Shown here: piece by piece, positions 1 through 8,410 of the stretch
Layout of the letters: every line of letters starts with the position of its first letter
Numbering within the stretch: the first letter of the stretch is position 1
Source: Acinetobacter wanghuae
Lineage (GTDB): Bacteria; Pseudomonadota; Gammaproteobacteria; Pseudomonadales; Moraxellaceae
Direction of reading: 5' to 3'
NCBI RefSeq assembly: GCF_009557235.1
Contig: NZ_CP045650.1
Coordinates: 360,001 to 392,000 of the forward strand
Length of the DNA stretch: 32,000 nt
Notes under the pieces: model-generated
The model's input: only the letters and a program-made list of their open reading frames with translations
Database searches by the model: none
What the model was told of the DNA's origin: nothing
Position numbers and translations under genes: made by a program

Positions 1-1617
1 TTGGTCTTCGTATTTCGCACGGTAACGACCTTCAAGGAATGCAACCGCATCCGCCAAAGTCTTGTCGTGATCTTTAATTACATCGCCATAAGCAGCAAGT
101 GCAAGTTTGATCAAATCTTCGATTGAAACATCAAGCTCGTTTTCAGTCACAAGACGCAAAATACCAATGGCAGAACGACGAAGTGCAAACGGGTCTTTCG
201 AACCTGTAGGCGCTTGACCAATACCAAAAATACCAGTCAACGTATCTAAACGATCCGCAAGGGCAACCGCAGTACCTGTTTTGGTTTTTGGTAAAACGTC
301 ACCTGCGAATTTAGGTAAATACTGCTCACCTAAAGCCTCAGAAACTTCATCATTTTCGCCTTCAAGACGTGCGTAGTAAGTACCTGCAATCCCTTGAAGT
401 TCAGGGAATTCACCCACTAATTCAGAAGTTAAGTCACATTTTGCAAGCAGGGCAGCTTTTTCAGCGTCTTCCGCTTTAGCACCTGTGATTTTGGCAAGTT
501 CAACAGCCAATTTCGCAATACGTTGTGATTTATCCCACAATGTACCCAATTGTGCTTGGAACACCATGTTTGCCAATTTCTCTTTACGCGATGCAAGCGG
601 TTGCTTTTGATCTTGTAGGAAGAAGAATTCAGCATCCGACAAACGTGGACGAACCACTTTCTCGTTACCTTCAATAATTTGTGTCGGATCTTTCGACTCA
701 ATGTTTGACACAGTAATGAAGTATGGTTGAAGTTTATTGTCGCTGTTCACTAAGCAGAAGTACTTTTGGTTGTCCTGCATGGTGGTAATTAACGCTTCTT
801 GCGGTACAGCAAGGAAACGTTCTTCGAAGCTGGCACGAAGTGCAACAGGCCATTCAACCAAGGCAGATACTTCATCACGAAGATCCGCAGGCACGATTGC
901 AATGGCATTGACTTCATCAGCAAGCGCTTTGACTTGTTGGTCAATCATCGCTTGGCGTTCTTCAAAAGATGCCACAACGTGCGCTGCTTTAAGCTTGCTT
1001 AAGTATTCGTCTGCATGCGTTAACGTAATCGCTTCAGGTGCATGGAAACGGTGACCATAAGTCACGTTACCTGCTTTATGATCTTGAATCGTTGCATCAA
1101 TGACAGCATTGTCTTTTAGCAATACCACCCATTTTACAGGACGTACGAATTCAGTACGGCTTGCCGCAGAACGCATACGTTTAGCGATTGGCAGGTTGTC
1201 TAAAGCTGCTTGTAAAATTTGCGGTAAAAGCACATCAAGGCTTTGACCTTTGACATCTTTTAAGTAGCAAACTTTTTCAACTTTACCCGCTTGGAACGTT
1301 GAAACTTGATCAACCGTAATGCCTTGACCACGCATAAAACCTTCAAGAGCGCGTGTTGGTTTGCCTTCCGCATCAAACGCAGCTTGTTTAGCAGGACCAT
1401 CAAAACGTTTTTGTGTGTCTGCTTGTGCGCCATCTACATTGACAATTTTAAGTGCAAGACGACGTGGTGCTGCATAGGCTTCGATGCTATCGAAAGTTAA
1501 GCCTGCATCTTTTAAGCCTTTTGCTGTTTCAGCATGTAAAGCATCACGTAATTTTTTTAAGCTTTTTGGTGGAAGTTCTTCACAGCCTAATTCGAACAAT
1601 ACTGTATGTTTAGACAT
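1..1617 (-). CDS. glyS: Glycine--tRNA ligase beta subunit (N-terminal 539 codons; C-terminal part lies beyond the window edge)
   Basis: The minus-strand frame is open from the window edge to the ATG at 1617-1615. The N-terminus [19 protein letters not shown] is GlyS-like. The ATG overlaps the glyQ stop (TAATG), the usual glyQS coupling. It is missing from the ORF track only because the window truncates it. Confidence 0.93.
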   Translation of the reverse strand, partial: MSKHTVLFELGCEELPPKSLKKLRDALHAETAKGLKDAGLTFDSIEAYAAPRRLALKIVNVDGAQADTQKRFDGPAKQAAFDAEGKPTRALEGFMRGQGITVDQVSTFQAGKVEKVCYLKDVKGQSLDVLLPQILQAALDNLPIAKRMRSAASRTEFVRPVKWVVLLKDNAVIDATIQDHKAGNVTYGHRFHAPEAITLTHADEYLSKLKAAHVVASFEERQAMIDQQVKALADEVNAIAIVPADLRDEVSALVEWPVALRASFEERFLAVPQEALITTMQDNQKYFCLVNSDNKLQPYFITVSNIESKDPTQIIEGNEKVVRPRLSDAEFFFLQDQKQPLASRKEKLANMVFQAQLGTLWDKSQRIAKLAVELAKITGAKAEDAEKAALLAKCDLTSELVGEFPELQGIAGTYYARLEGENDEVSEALGEQYLPKFAGDVLPKTKTGTAVALADRLDTLTGIFGIGQAPTGSKDPFALRRSAIGILRLVTENELDVSIEDLIKLALAAYGDVIKDHDKTLADAVAFLEGRYRAKYEDQ

Positions 1618-2606
1618 TATTTGCTCTCCTTAGATTCAACTTTTGCTTCGGCTTCAACTTGTGCTTTTAATTGCGCTAACACTTCGTCACGTAGCTCAGG
1701 TTCTGCCATAGGGAAGCCAAGCTTCGCACGTGCAGCCACATAACTTTGCGCAATCGCACGCGCCAAAGTACGTACACGTAGAATATAACGTTGACGTTCA
1801 GTCACCGAAATTGCACCACGCGCATCAAGTAAGTTAAAGCTGTGTGATGCTTTAATCACTTGCTCATACGCAGGCAGTGGAAGTTCAGCGTCAATCAAAC
1901 GCGTTGCTTCAGCTTCGTAGAAGTCGAACAATTCAAACATTTTTTCAACGTTGGCATATTCGAAGTTATAGGTCGATTGTTCCACTTCATTTTGATGGAA
2001 CACATCGCCATACGTCACAGTACCGAACTGACCTTTTGTCCAAACCAAATCGTAAACAGAGTCGACACCTTGTAAGTACATTGCAAGACGTTCTAGACCA
2101 TACGTGATTTCACCTGTCACAGGGTAGCATTCAACACCGCCCACTTGCTGGAAGTAAGTGAACTGAGTCACTTCCATACCGTTTAGCCATACTTCCCAAC
2201 CAAGACCCCAAGCGCCAAGTGTTGGCGATTCCCAGTTGTCTTCGACAAAACGAATGTCGTGTACAAGTGGGTCAATGCCAATTGCTTTTAGCGAGTCAAG
2301 ATACAACTGTTGAATGTTGTCTGGGTTTGGCTTTAATACCACTTGGAATTGGTAGTAATGTTGCAAACGGTTTGGGTTTTCACCATAACGACCATCTTTC
2401 GGACGACGTGACGGTTGAACGTAAGCGGCGTTCCAAGTTTCAGGACCAAGCGCACGAAGGAAAGTTGCAGTGTGGAATGTCCCTGCACCCATTTCCATAT
2501 CGTAAGGCTGCAAAATCACGCAGCCTTGTTCAGCCCAGTAAGTTTGTAAGGCAAGAATTAAGCCTTGGAAGGTATCAATATGCGATATGGCGCGACTCAT
2601 GGTCAT
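1617..2606 (-). CDS. glyQ: Glycine--tRNA ligase alpha subunit
   Basis: 329-aa ORF that aligns nearly end to end with recalled E. coli GlyQ ([58 protein letters not shown]). The start could instead be the second ATG at 2600. Confidence 0.97.
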   Translation of the reverse strand: MTMSRAISHIDTFQGLILALQTYWAEQGCVILQPYDMEMGAGTFHTATFLRALGPETWNAAYVQPSRRPKDGRYGENPNRLQHYYQFQVVLKPNPDNIQQLYLDSLKAIGIDPLVHDIRFVEDNWESPTLGAWGLGWEVWLNGMEVTQFTYFQQVGGVECYPVTGEITYGLERLAMYLQGVDSVYDLVWTKGQFGTVTYGDVFHQNEVEQSTYNFEYANVEKMFELFDFYEAEATRLIDAELPLPAYEQVIKASHSFNLLDARGAISVTERQRYILRVRTLARAIAQSYVAARAKLGFPMAEPELRDEVLAQLKAQVEAEAKVESKESK

Positions 2607-2636
2607 CCACTTAAAATTAGAGAAAAATTGTGCTTA

Positions 2637-2665
2637 ATTATAAGGATTTTGTGGGGGAGTGGCAA
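2637..2665 (-). promoter_or_regulatory. Candidate sigma70 promoter for glyQS (TTGCCA-N17-TATAAT read on the minus strand)
   Basis: Plus-strand tggcaa at 2660-2665 and attata at 2637-2642, separated by exactly 17 nt, about 30 nt upstream of the glyQ ATG. Confidence 0.45.
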
Positions 2666-2709
2666 AGCTTCTCTACAAAATACATCGGGCTAATTTTAGC
2701 AGGGATGAT

Positions 2710-3174
2710 TTAACGCGAAATGCTTGGTTTAGATGGGGCGTGCTTGCCTAAACTCCTCACGCACAAATAGATAAAACTCAAGATGACGCCAAAACCAAAA
2801 CAAATAATTTCAACATCTAATGTCGATGATTTTTCTGCAGAATGTTGAAGTGATTCAAACAATAAAATGTAGCTAAAGCCTGTCATCGAACATGTCATGA
2901 TCACACTAAGTAAATGAAATTGATTCAATTTTCTTATAATATTGAAGAATATATATAAAGGCACAAAGATAAATATGAAATAAAATACTGAATAAACCAC
3001 GATATCTGCGGTCATTTCAACGAACAATTGACGTTGATGCTCGCCCCCTAAATCGAAGCTTGGTAAAAGAATAGCAATGGTTTTTGCGCAGAGACCGCCA
3101 ACTAGGGCAAGGCTTAAGTATCCTGCAAGTTTATTTCGGCTTAATATAATCGGTTGATGGAGACGTAAAAACAC
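2710..3174 (-). CDS. Hypothetical integral membrane protein (about 4 hydrophobic segments)
   Basis: 154-aa ORF with a GTG start preceded by GAAGG 5 nt upstream. It has several long hydrophobic stretches (LSLALVGGLCAKTIAILL, IVVYSVFYFIFIFVPLYIFF, GFGVILSFIYLCV). No family recognised. Confidence 0.55.
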   Translation of the reverse strand: MFLRLHQPIILSRNKLAGYLSLALVGGLCAKTIAILLPSFDLGGEHQRQLFVEMTADIVVYSVFYFIFIFVPLYIFFNIIRKLNQFHLLSVIMTCSMTGFSYILLFESLQHSAEKSSTLDVEIICFGFGVILSFIYLCVRSLGKHAPSKPSISR

Positions 3175-3448
3175 ATATGCCTTCTTTTTTTATTGGATAT
3201 TTTTATAAGGTTTAAATTAGCAGAAGTTTTAAGCACTTCAAAGCATTAAAAAATCAGGAAAACGATGGATGCGTTACTGAAAATAATAAGCGAAATAAAA
3301 ACCAAGATGATACATAAAGCACTTTGCAATCAGGTGCTGACTTCAGCAAAATCAGACAAAAGATAAATGATTTTGAATGCGGTATTGCATCGAAATTCGT
3401 TTAATCTTGGGTGATATTTTTAATTGATGAATAACAACAAGGATTATC

Positions 3449-4249
3449 ATGACAACGTGTAAAATTCATTGCCAATTACACTACAAGATTGTCCAAGCCA
3501 CCGAATTTATTTTCTTAGTACACGCCGCACATCATCCAGATCAAACCATTATTAATGAAACATTAAGCTTTAATTTGCCGTTATCCTCTCGGGCATTTCA
3601 AGATGCATGTCACCACAATCGACATACGCGTATGCATGTTGAACCTTGCGAACGATTTGAACTGAACTATAGCGCAATTGTCCAATTGCATCCGCAAGTG
3701 AGTCGTGAGTTACAGCAGCATTTTAATGAACTCAATGTTACGGACTTGCCTGATGAAGTATTGCCGTATTTACTCAGTAGTCGCTATTGTGATGCCGACG
3801 CATTGATGGATATGGCGCAGCGTTCTTTCGGTTGGATGACAGCGGGCTATGCGCGTGTTAAAGCGATTGAAGAATGGATTTATCATAATATTTTTTATGT
3901 ATCGGGTAGCTCAAATCCGTTGACCACCTCAACTGATGTGTTGGTACAGCGCGCAGGCGTGTGTCGTGATTTTGCCCATTTAGGCATTGCGCTGTGTCGT
4001 GCTCTTGGTATTCCTGCACGTATGGTGGTGGGCTACGTGGATATTGAAAAATTCCTACCTGACTTTCATGCTATTTTTGAAGTGTATTTGGATGGCGGTT
4101 GGGTTTTATTCGATCCCACACGCTTAGCGCCCGTTGAAAATTTAGTGCGTATTGCCACAGGTGTAGATGCCAGTGATGTTGCCTTTGCGACGTTTTATGG
4201 CGAAATTGAACTCCTGAAAATTGAACCGCTCATTACATATACGCGTTAA
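3449..4249 (+). CDS. Transglutaminase-like family protein (cysteine protease fold)
   Basis: 266-aa ORF with AAGGA 6 nt upstream of the ATG. The motif GVCRDFAHLGIALCRALGIPARMVVGY, followed downstream by ...HAIFEVYLDGGWVLFDP, fits the transglutaminase-core Cys/His/Asp arrangement. Confidence 0.85.
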   Translation: MTTCKIHCQLHYKIVQATEFIFLVHAAHHPDQTIINETLSFNLPLSSRAFQDACHHNRHTRMHVEPCERFELNYSAIVQLHPQVSRELQQHFNELNVTDLPDEVLPYLLSSRYCDADALMDMAQRSFGWMTAGYARVKAIEEWIYHNIFYVSGSSNPLTTSTDVLVQRAGVCRDFAHLGIALCRALGIPARMVVGYVDIEKFLPDFHAIFEVYLDGGWVLFDPTRLAPVENLVRIATGVDASDVAFATFYGEIELLKIEPLITYTR

Positions 4250-4272
4250 GATGATTGGAAGTATAAATTAAG

Positions 4273-4309
4273 CAAAAAAAAGCTGTAACTTTAGGGGAAA
4301 AGTCACAGC
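4273..4309 (-). terminator. Rho-independent terminator for the PspC-domain gene (hairpin between convergent genes)
   Basis: The arms gctgtaactt and aagtcacagc pair with one mismatch. The A-run at 4274-4281 gives a U-tract when read on the minus strand. Confidence 0.5.
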
Positions 4310-4339
4310 ATAAACTGGAAAAAAGTAGAGTACGTAGCC

Positions 4340-4609
4340 TTATAACGGGTCTTTATTAACAGTACGCATCGGGTTGTAATGTGCATTTGAAGTGTGTGCA
4401 GCATGTTCAAGCACGCGTTGTTGCTTAGGCATCACTAACCATAAAACCAGATACACCAAAATTCCTGGAAATGCGGCACTCATGATCGAGATCACCACAA
4501 AAATGATACGGAGTAAATTCGCATTCCAACCAAAACGTTCAGCAATACCACCCATTACACCAGCAATCATGTTCGAGCGTTTTGAGCGATACAGACCAAC
4601 ATTGGCCAT
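4340..4609 (-). CDS. PspC domain-containing small membrane protein
   Basis: 89-aa ORF with a strong AAGGAG 5 nt upstream. The segment IAGVMGGIAERFGWNANLLRIIFVVISI...LVYLVLWLVMP is the typical PspC-domain pattern. Confidence 0.85.
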   Translation of the reverse strand: MANVGLYRSKRSNMIAGVMGGIAERFGWNANLLRIIFVVISIMSAAFPGILVYLVLWLVMPKQQRVLEHAAHTSNAHYNPMRTVNKDPL

Positions 4610-4830
4610 CTAAGTCTCCTTTAAATAAGTGAATCGACATTTGATTCATATAACTTAAATGGAGATAAGCCTCATTTTTTAAAGGAGTGCATTCAATAAA
4701 AAACGTTACTTTATGTAAGTAAAGATTAATTATTATTCACGGAATCTTTACCATAGACTTAAGTATATTGAATTACATAAAAATTTTACTGTAACTTTAT
4801 AAAAGTAACATTCAACGGCGTGTTCAATGG

Positions 4831-5487
4831 TTGAAATTAATGAAATTAAATAACGTATATTTCAGAATCAGACATTCGCTTCATATGGTCATGTTCGGGC
4901 TCAGTGTTATAAGCATCACGGCGTGTAATTATGAAGTAGAAAAACCTATGAAAGACACTAGCGCAACGAATGATCAAGGTGTGTCTATTTCGGATGCCAA
5001 TGTTGAGCCATCTTCCAAAAAATTAACCGAAGTGGCAGGGCATTCCAATTTCCCTGTCGATGAACAGATGGCGATTGCACCTGTTGCTGATTATGCGATC
5101 GACTTTGTCGGGCGTTATTATGCCAAAGTGAACTGTAATGATGGTTTTGCACCCTGTTCAGCAGGGACAGCTGAGTTTGTTTTAACCCTACTTGCAGATG
5201 GTACGGTATATCGCAGTATTATACAGCATGGTAAAGTTTTCACGTTTAAAAATGAAATTCAGGATGCTAAAGCGACTTATCGAAAAGATCATTGGGAAGT
5301 CAATCCTGCGCGGACGGAACTCATCGTTCATCGTAAAGAAGGGGTTGATATTTATTATGATATTCAAGATAACTTGCATTTGGTGATGAATGTTGAAAAG
5401 ACCAGACGTTCAAATCCAGCAGAGAAACTTTTAAAACTACCTACGGTTTCATATGTTTTAAAGAAAGATAGCGACAAAGACGGGTAA
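4831..5487 (+). CDS. Hypothetical lipoprotein
   Basis: 218-aa ORF with a basic N-region, a hydrophobic core and lipobox-like SITAC. The start is TTG at 4831 or, more likely, ATG at 4840. No family recognised. Confidence 0.6.
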   Translation: MKLMKLNNVYFRIRHSLHMVMFGLSVISITACNYEVEKPMKDTSATNDQGVSISDANVEPSSKKLTEVAGHSNFPVDEQMAIAPVADYAIDFVGRYYAKVNCNDGFAPCSAGTAEFVLTLLADGTVYRSIIQHGKVFTFKNEIQDAKATYRKDHWEVNPARTELIVHRKEGVDIYYDIQDNLHLVMNVEKTRRSNPAEKLLKLPTVSYVLKKDSDKDG

Positions 5488-5554
5488 TTTTTAAAAATTG
5501 AAAAAAGAGCAGGGGATGTGTGGATATAGAGCCAGAGCTATATAAAAAGGAAAA

Positions 5555-5630
5555 TGGTGGGTTGTGTGGGGCTCGAACCCACGACCAATAGATTAAGAGT
5601 CTACTGCTCTACCAACTGAGCTAACAACCC
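5555..5630 (-). tRNA. tRNA-Lys, anticodon CUU
   Basis: The reverse complement folds as a 76-nt cloverleaf: GGGTTGT/ACAACCC acceptor, GCTC/GAGC D stem, GTAGA-CTCTTAA-TCTAT anticodon arm, GTGGG-TTCGAGC-CCCAC T arm, and encoded CCA. Confidence 0.9.
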
Positions 5631-5639
5631 TGAGAAAAT

Positions 5640-5668
5640 TTTAAAATAACATTTTAAAATTTTTGCAA
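5640..5668 (-). promoter_or_regulatory. Candidate separate promoter for tRNA-Lys(CUU) (TTGCAA-N17-TTTAAA on the minus strand)
   Basis: ttgcaa at 5663-5668 and tttaaa at 5640-5645 with a 17-nt spacer. The -10 ends 9 nt before the mature tRNA 5' end. The -10 is weak. Confidence 0.35.
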
Positions 5669-5889
5669 GACAAGCGAAGCGTGTAGTTTTGAATACGAGG
5701 CAATATTTTCATCTAAAATTTTTCAGATCAAATACTTAATCCAGTAAGACAAGAATAATACTTCGCAGCATCGCTATCGCAAAATTTCGAGAATGGCAAA
5801 AGACATCAAAGTTGATGTTTAGTCTTGGTCGGAATGTTTGCAGGTTTCGTGTTCTTCGCATGCCGGAAGAAAGAAGCCTTAAGAAAGAA

Positions 5890-5965
5890 TGGTGGGCCGT
5901 CCGCGACTCGAACGCGGGACCAATGGATTAAAAGTCCACTGCTCTACCAACTGAGCTAACGGCCC
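5890..5965 (-). tRNA. tRNA-Lys, anticodon UUU (copy 3 of 3 in transcription order)
   Basis: The reverse complement GGGCCGTTAGCTCAGTTGGTAGAGCAGTGGACTTTTAATCCATTGGTCCCGCGTTCGAGTCGCGGACGGCCCACCA closely resembles recalled E. coli tRNA-Lys. Confidence 0.95.
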
Positions 5966-6026
5966 ATTCTAAAGAACGCTTTATGCTAAAGCTAAAAAAG
6001 CTTCATGTCAGAAGCTTTTTAAAAGA

Positions 6027-6102
6027 TGGTGGGCCGTCCGCGACTCGAACGCGGGACCAATGGATTAAAAGTCCACTGCTCTACCAACTGAGCTAACGGC
6101 CC
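6027..6102 (-). tRNA. tRNA-Lys, anticodon UUU (copy 2)
   Basis: Identical over 76 nt to 5890-5965. Confidence 0.95.
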
Positions 6103-6124
6103 ATCTTTAGGGTTTCAAAATAAG

Positions 6125-6200
6125 TGGTGGGCCGTCCGCGACTCGAACGCGGGACCAATGGATTAAAAGTCCACTGCTCTACCAACTGAGCTAACGGCCC
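6125..6200 (-). tRNA. tRNA-Lys, anticodon UUU (copy 1)
   Basis: Identical over 76 nt to 5890-5965. Confidence 0.95.
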
Positions 6201-6323
6201 TTAACCAACATCTAAGCAGGGCTTAAATGTGCAGTGTAAGGAAATAAAATATTTCTTAACACCACTTTGTTTTGATGGAGCGTATTGTAGCAAGATATGA
6301 ATCGAGCGCAAGTGAAAAATAAC

Positions 6324-6390
6324 AAAGTTGCCTATGTTTGATTATAAATCCAACAAATAGGGTTTATGTACACAAAAAATAGGCAACTTT
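6324..6390. repeat. Perfect 12-bp inverted repeat with a 43-nt spacer (possible long-loop terminator of the acyl-CoA synthetase gene)
   Basis: aaagttgcctat (6324-6335) pairs with ataggcaacttt (6379-6390). It starts 6 nt after the stop at 6396. On the minus strand it is followed by GTTATTTTTC. Confidence 0.35.
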
Positions 6391-6395
6391 AGTGT

Positions 6396-8237
6396 TTAGA
6401 AACGATATTCATAGGCATGAATGTTGGCAAAAACCTCAGCAGAGACATCGCAATAGGCATCTTGACCTGGGAGCAGCACCAATAATCGTTCATCCGTTTG
6501 ACTTGGATCAAAGGCTTGTTCTTTGAGCTTATTTTTCTGATATTTAAAGGTTCCAGTGGTTTCAACCTGCTGTTGTACACGTAAAAAGACCGGAACAGCA
6601 TAAGCGGGTAGGCATTGTTTGAAGCAAGCGACCATTTTTTTCAAATCAGTATCATCAAGCTGAGTGTCCGGCTTTAAAGTAATGGCCGCCATACCGGCAC
6701 GACCATTGGTATTTGGAATTTCAACGCCATACACCACCGCTTCTACAATTTTATCGTATTCCGTGAGCATGTTTTCAACTTGAGTTGTTGAGACATTTTC
6801 ACCTTTCCAACGGAAAGTGTCGCCTAAACGATCGACAAATTGCGCATGACGGAAACCGATATCGCGAACTAAATCCCCTGTATTAAAGAATGCATCACCT
6901 TTGGCAAAAACATCTTTCATCATCACCGATTTATTTTTTTCAGGGTCGGTATAGCCATCAAAAGGCGAGCGATGGGTAATTTTACCAATCAGTAAACCTG
7001 TTTCACCTTTTTTAACTTTTTTACACCAACCCTTGGCATCACGCACCACTTCATTTCTTTCTTTATCAAATTCGATAATGGCATAAGGAGTCGGTGAAAA
7101 ACCAACGGTATTGTCAAAGTTGAATACATTACTAAAACCGACATTACCTTCACTTGAGGCATACAGTTCAAGCACTTCCTGAACACCAAAACGTGCTTTG
7201 AATTTGTCCCAGATATTCGGACGCATGCCGTTACCAATCATTTTGGTCACGCGATGACCTTTCTCAAGCTCAGATTCAGGTGCATCCATCAAATAACGAC
7301 ATAGCTCACCGACATAACCAATCGCGGAAGCATCAAATTTTTTCACATCTTTCCAGAATGAAGATGTAGAGAACTTACGACGAATGGCGAGTGTACCTGC
7401 ACCTGCAATCACCCCACACCAACACACGACCATGCCTGTGGCATGATAGAGCGGTAGGGTACAATACATGACATCGTCTTTATTCAGGTTCAGTACATGC
7501 CCATAAGTGCCATAGGCGAGCGTCCAACGGCTATTGGTAAAGATGACGGCTTTGGGTAAGCCTGTTGTGCCTGAAGTGTAGATATAAAACAGACCATCTT
7601 TGCCTTGTACCGTTTGCGTGGTTGCGACATTGAATTTTGCAAAAGCATCACAGGCTTCAGCAAGGTTAATGAAACCCTCTGGTGCTTGACCTGGGTCAAG
7701 CTGCGTATTTTGATCGGCAAACCAATGCAGGCGGTCAGCGGCAACATTCAGATCATCACGAATTTCATCGACAGCATGATGGCATTCGTCACCTGTGATG
7801 ACGGCAATTGGTTTCACCAAGTTAATACTGTGGGCTAAGACTTTACCCACCTGTGAGGTATTGACTAATGCAGAGGTCACACCAATTTTGGCTAAGCCCA
7901 ACACACTTGCAACCAATTCAGGGCGGTTTTCGACCATGACGGCAATCACATCACCTTTTTTTGCCCCAAGTGATAAATAGAAATGCCCAATTTGATTGGC
8001 CCATGCATTCAGTTCAGCGTAGGTGTAGCTTTGATCTTCGAAACGTAAGGCTACACCCTCAGGATGACGTGCAGCAGCTTTTTCAAAAGCCAGTCCTAAA
8101 CCTGCAGGTGAATTGGGGGTACGTAAATAAGCCTGTTTTAAACCACTCAATAAATTCGGCACTTTTGATAAAAAAGCAGGAATTTTGGCTGCAACATCAG
8201 CAATACCAATCAAATCATGTTGTGTATTTTGGCTCAT
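6396..8237 (-). CDS. Long-chain acyl-CoA synthetase / fatty-acid transport protein (FATP)-type AMP-binding enzyme
   Basis: 613-aa ORF with AGGA 6 nt upstream. It has the AMP-binding signature YIYTSGTTGLPKA, the downstream NTGDLV...GF..FVDRLGDTFRWKGENVST motif, and the FATP-like length. Confidence 0.88.
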   Translation of the reverse strand: MSQNTQHDLIGIADVAAKIPAFLSKVPNLLSGLKQAYLRTPNSPAGLGLAFEKAAARHPEGVALRFEDQSYTYAELNAWANQIGHFYLSLGAKKGDVIAVMVENRPELVASVLGLAKIGVTSALVNTSQVGKVLAHSINLVKPIAVITGDECHHAVDEIRDDLNVAADRLHWFADQNTQLDPGQAPEGFINLAEACDAFAKFNVATTQTVQGKDGLFYIYTSGTTGLPKAVIFTNSRWTLAYGTYGHVLNLNKDDVMYCTLPLYHATGMVVCWCGVIAGAGTLAIRRKFSTSSFWKDVKKFDASAIGYVGELCRYLMDAPESELEKGHRVTKMIGNGMRPNIWDKFKARFGVQEVLELYASSEGNVGFSNVFNFDNTVGFSPTPYAIIEFDKERNEVVRDAKGWCKKVKKGETGLLIGKITHRSPFDGYTDPEKNKSVMMKDVFAKGDAFFNTGDLVRDIGFRHAQFVDRLGDTFRWKGENVSTTQVENMLTEYDKIVEAVVYGVEIPNTNGRAGMAAITLKPDTQLDDTDLKKMVACFKQCLPAYAVPVFLRVQQQVETTGTFKYQKNKLKEQAFDPSQTDERLLVLLPGQDAYCDVSAEVFANIHAYEYRF

Positions 8238-8352
8238 GGGAATCCTATTTATATTCTCGTATCCAATATGCTCATGGTGTCTAAAAGTATGGGCAATTTA
8301 TCTTTTAATCGTTTCTTGCTAGTGCAATCAACCTATTTTGACCAAATTTAGC

Positions 8353-8389
8353 AAAAAAAACCTAGTCACCGAAATGACTAGGTTTTTTT
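8353..8389 (-). terminator. Rho-independent terminator downstream of rne (bidirectional shape)
   Basis: cctagtca (8361-8368), loop ccgaaa, tgactagg (8375-8382). It is flanked by an A8 run and a T7 run and lies 22 nt after the rne stop. Confidence 0.7.
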
Positions 8390-8410
8390 ATATTACTGCA
8401 ATTTGGCGAA

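Noticed and set aside
429-1500. Short ORFs on both strands inside glyS (429-701, 737-1054, 799-1002, 1306-1500).
   Set aside because: All are embedded in the continuous, well-matched glyS reading frame on the minus strand. They are frame-shadow ORFs.
2607-2709. Possible T-box or riboswitch leader upstream of glyQS.
   Set aside because: The spacer is only about 100 bp, contains a near-consensus promoter about 30 nt from the start codon, and shows no specifier or antiterminator architecture. T-box control of glyQS is a Firmicutes feature.
3265-3366. 33-aa small ORF (MDALLKIISEIKTKMIHKALCNQVLTSAKSDKR) with AGGA 6 nt upstream, in the spacer before the transglutaminase-like gene.
   Set aside because: It is too short to evaluate without conservation or ribosome-profiling data, has no recognisable motif, and the AT-rich context yields such ORFs by chance. 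It is worth a tBLASTN check but is not supportable as a feature.
5890-6200. Regularly spaced identical 76-bp direct repeats that could superficially look like a CRISPR-type array.
   Set aside because: The repeats are complete tRNA-Lys genes with cloverleaf structure and encoded CCA. The spacers are unequal (61 and 22 nt) and there are no cas genes.
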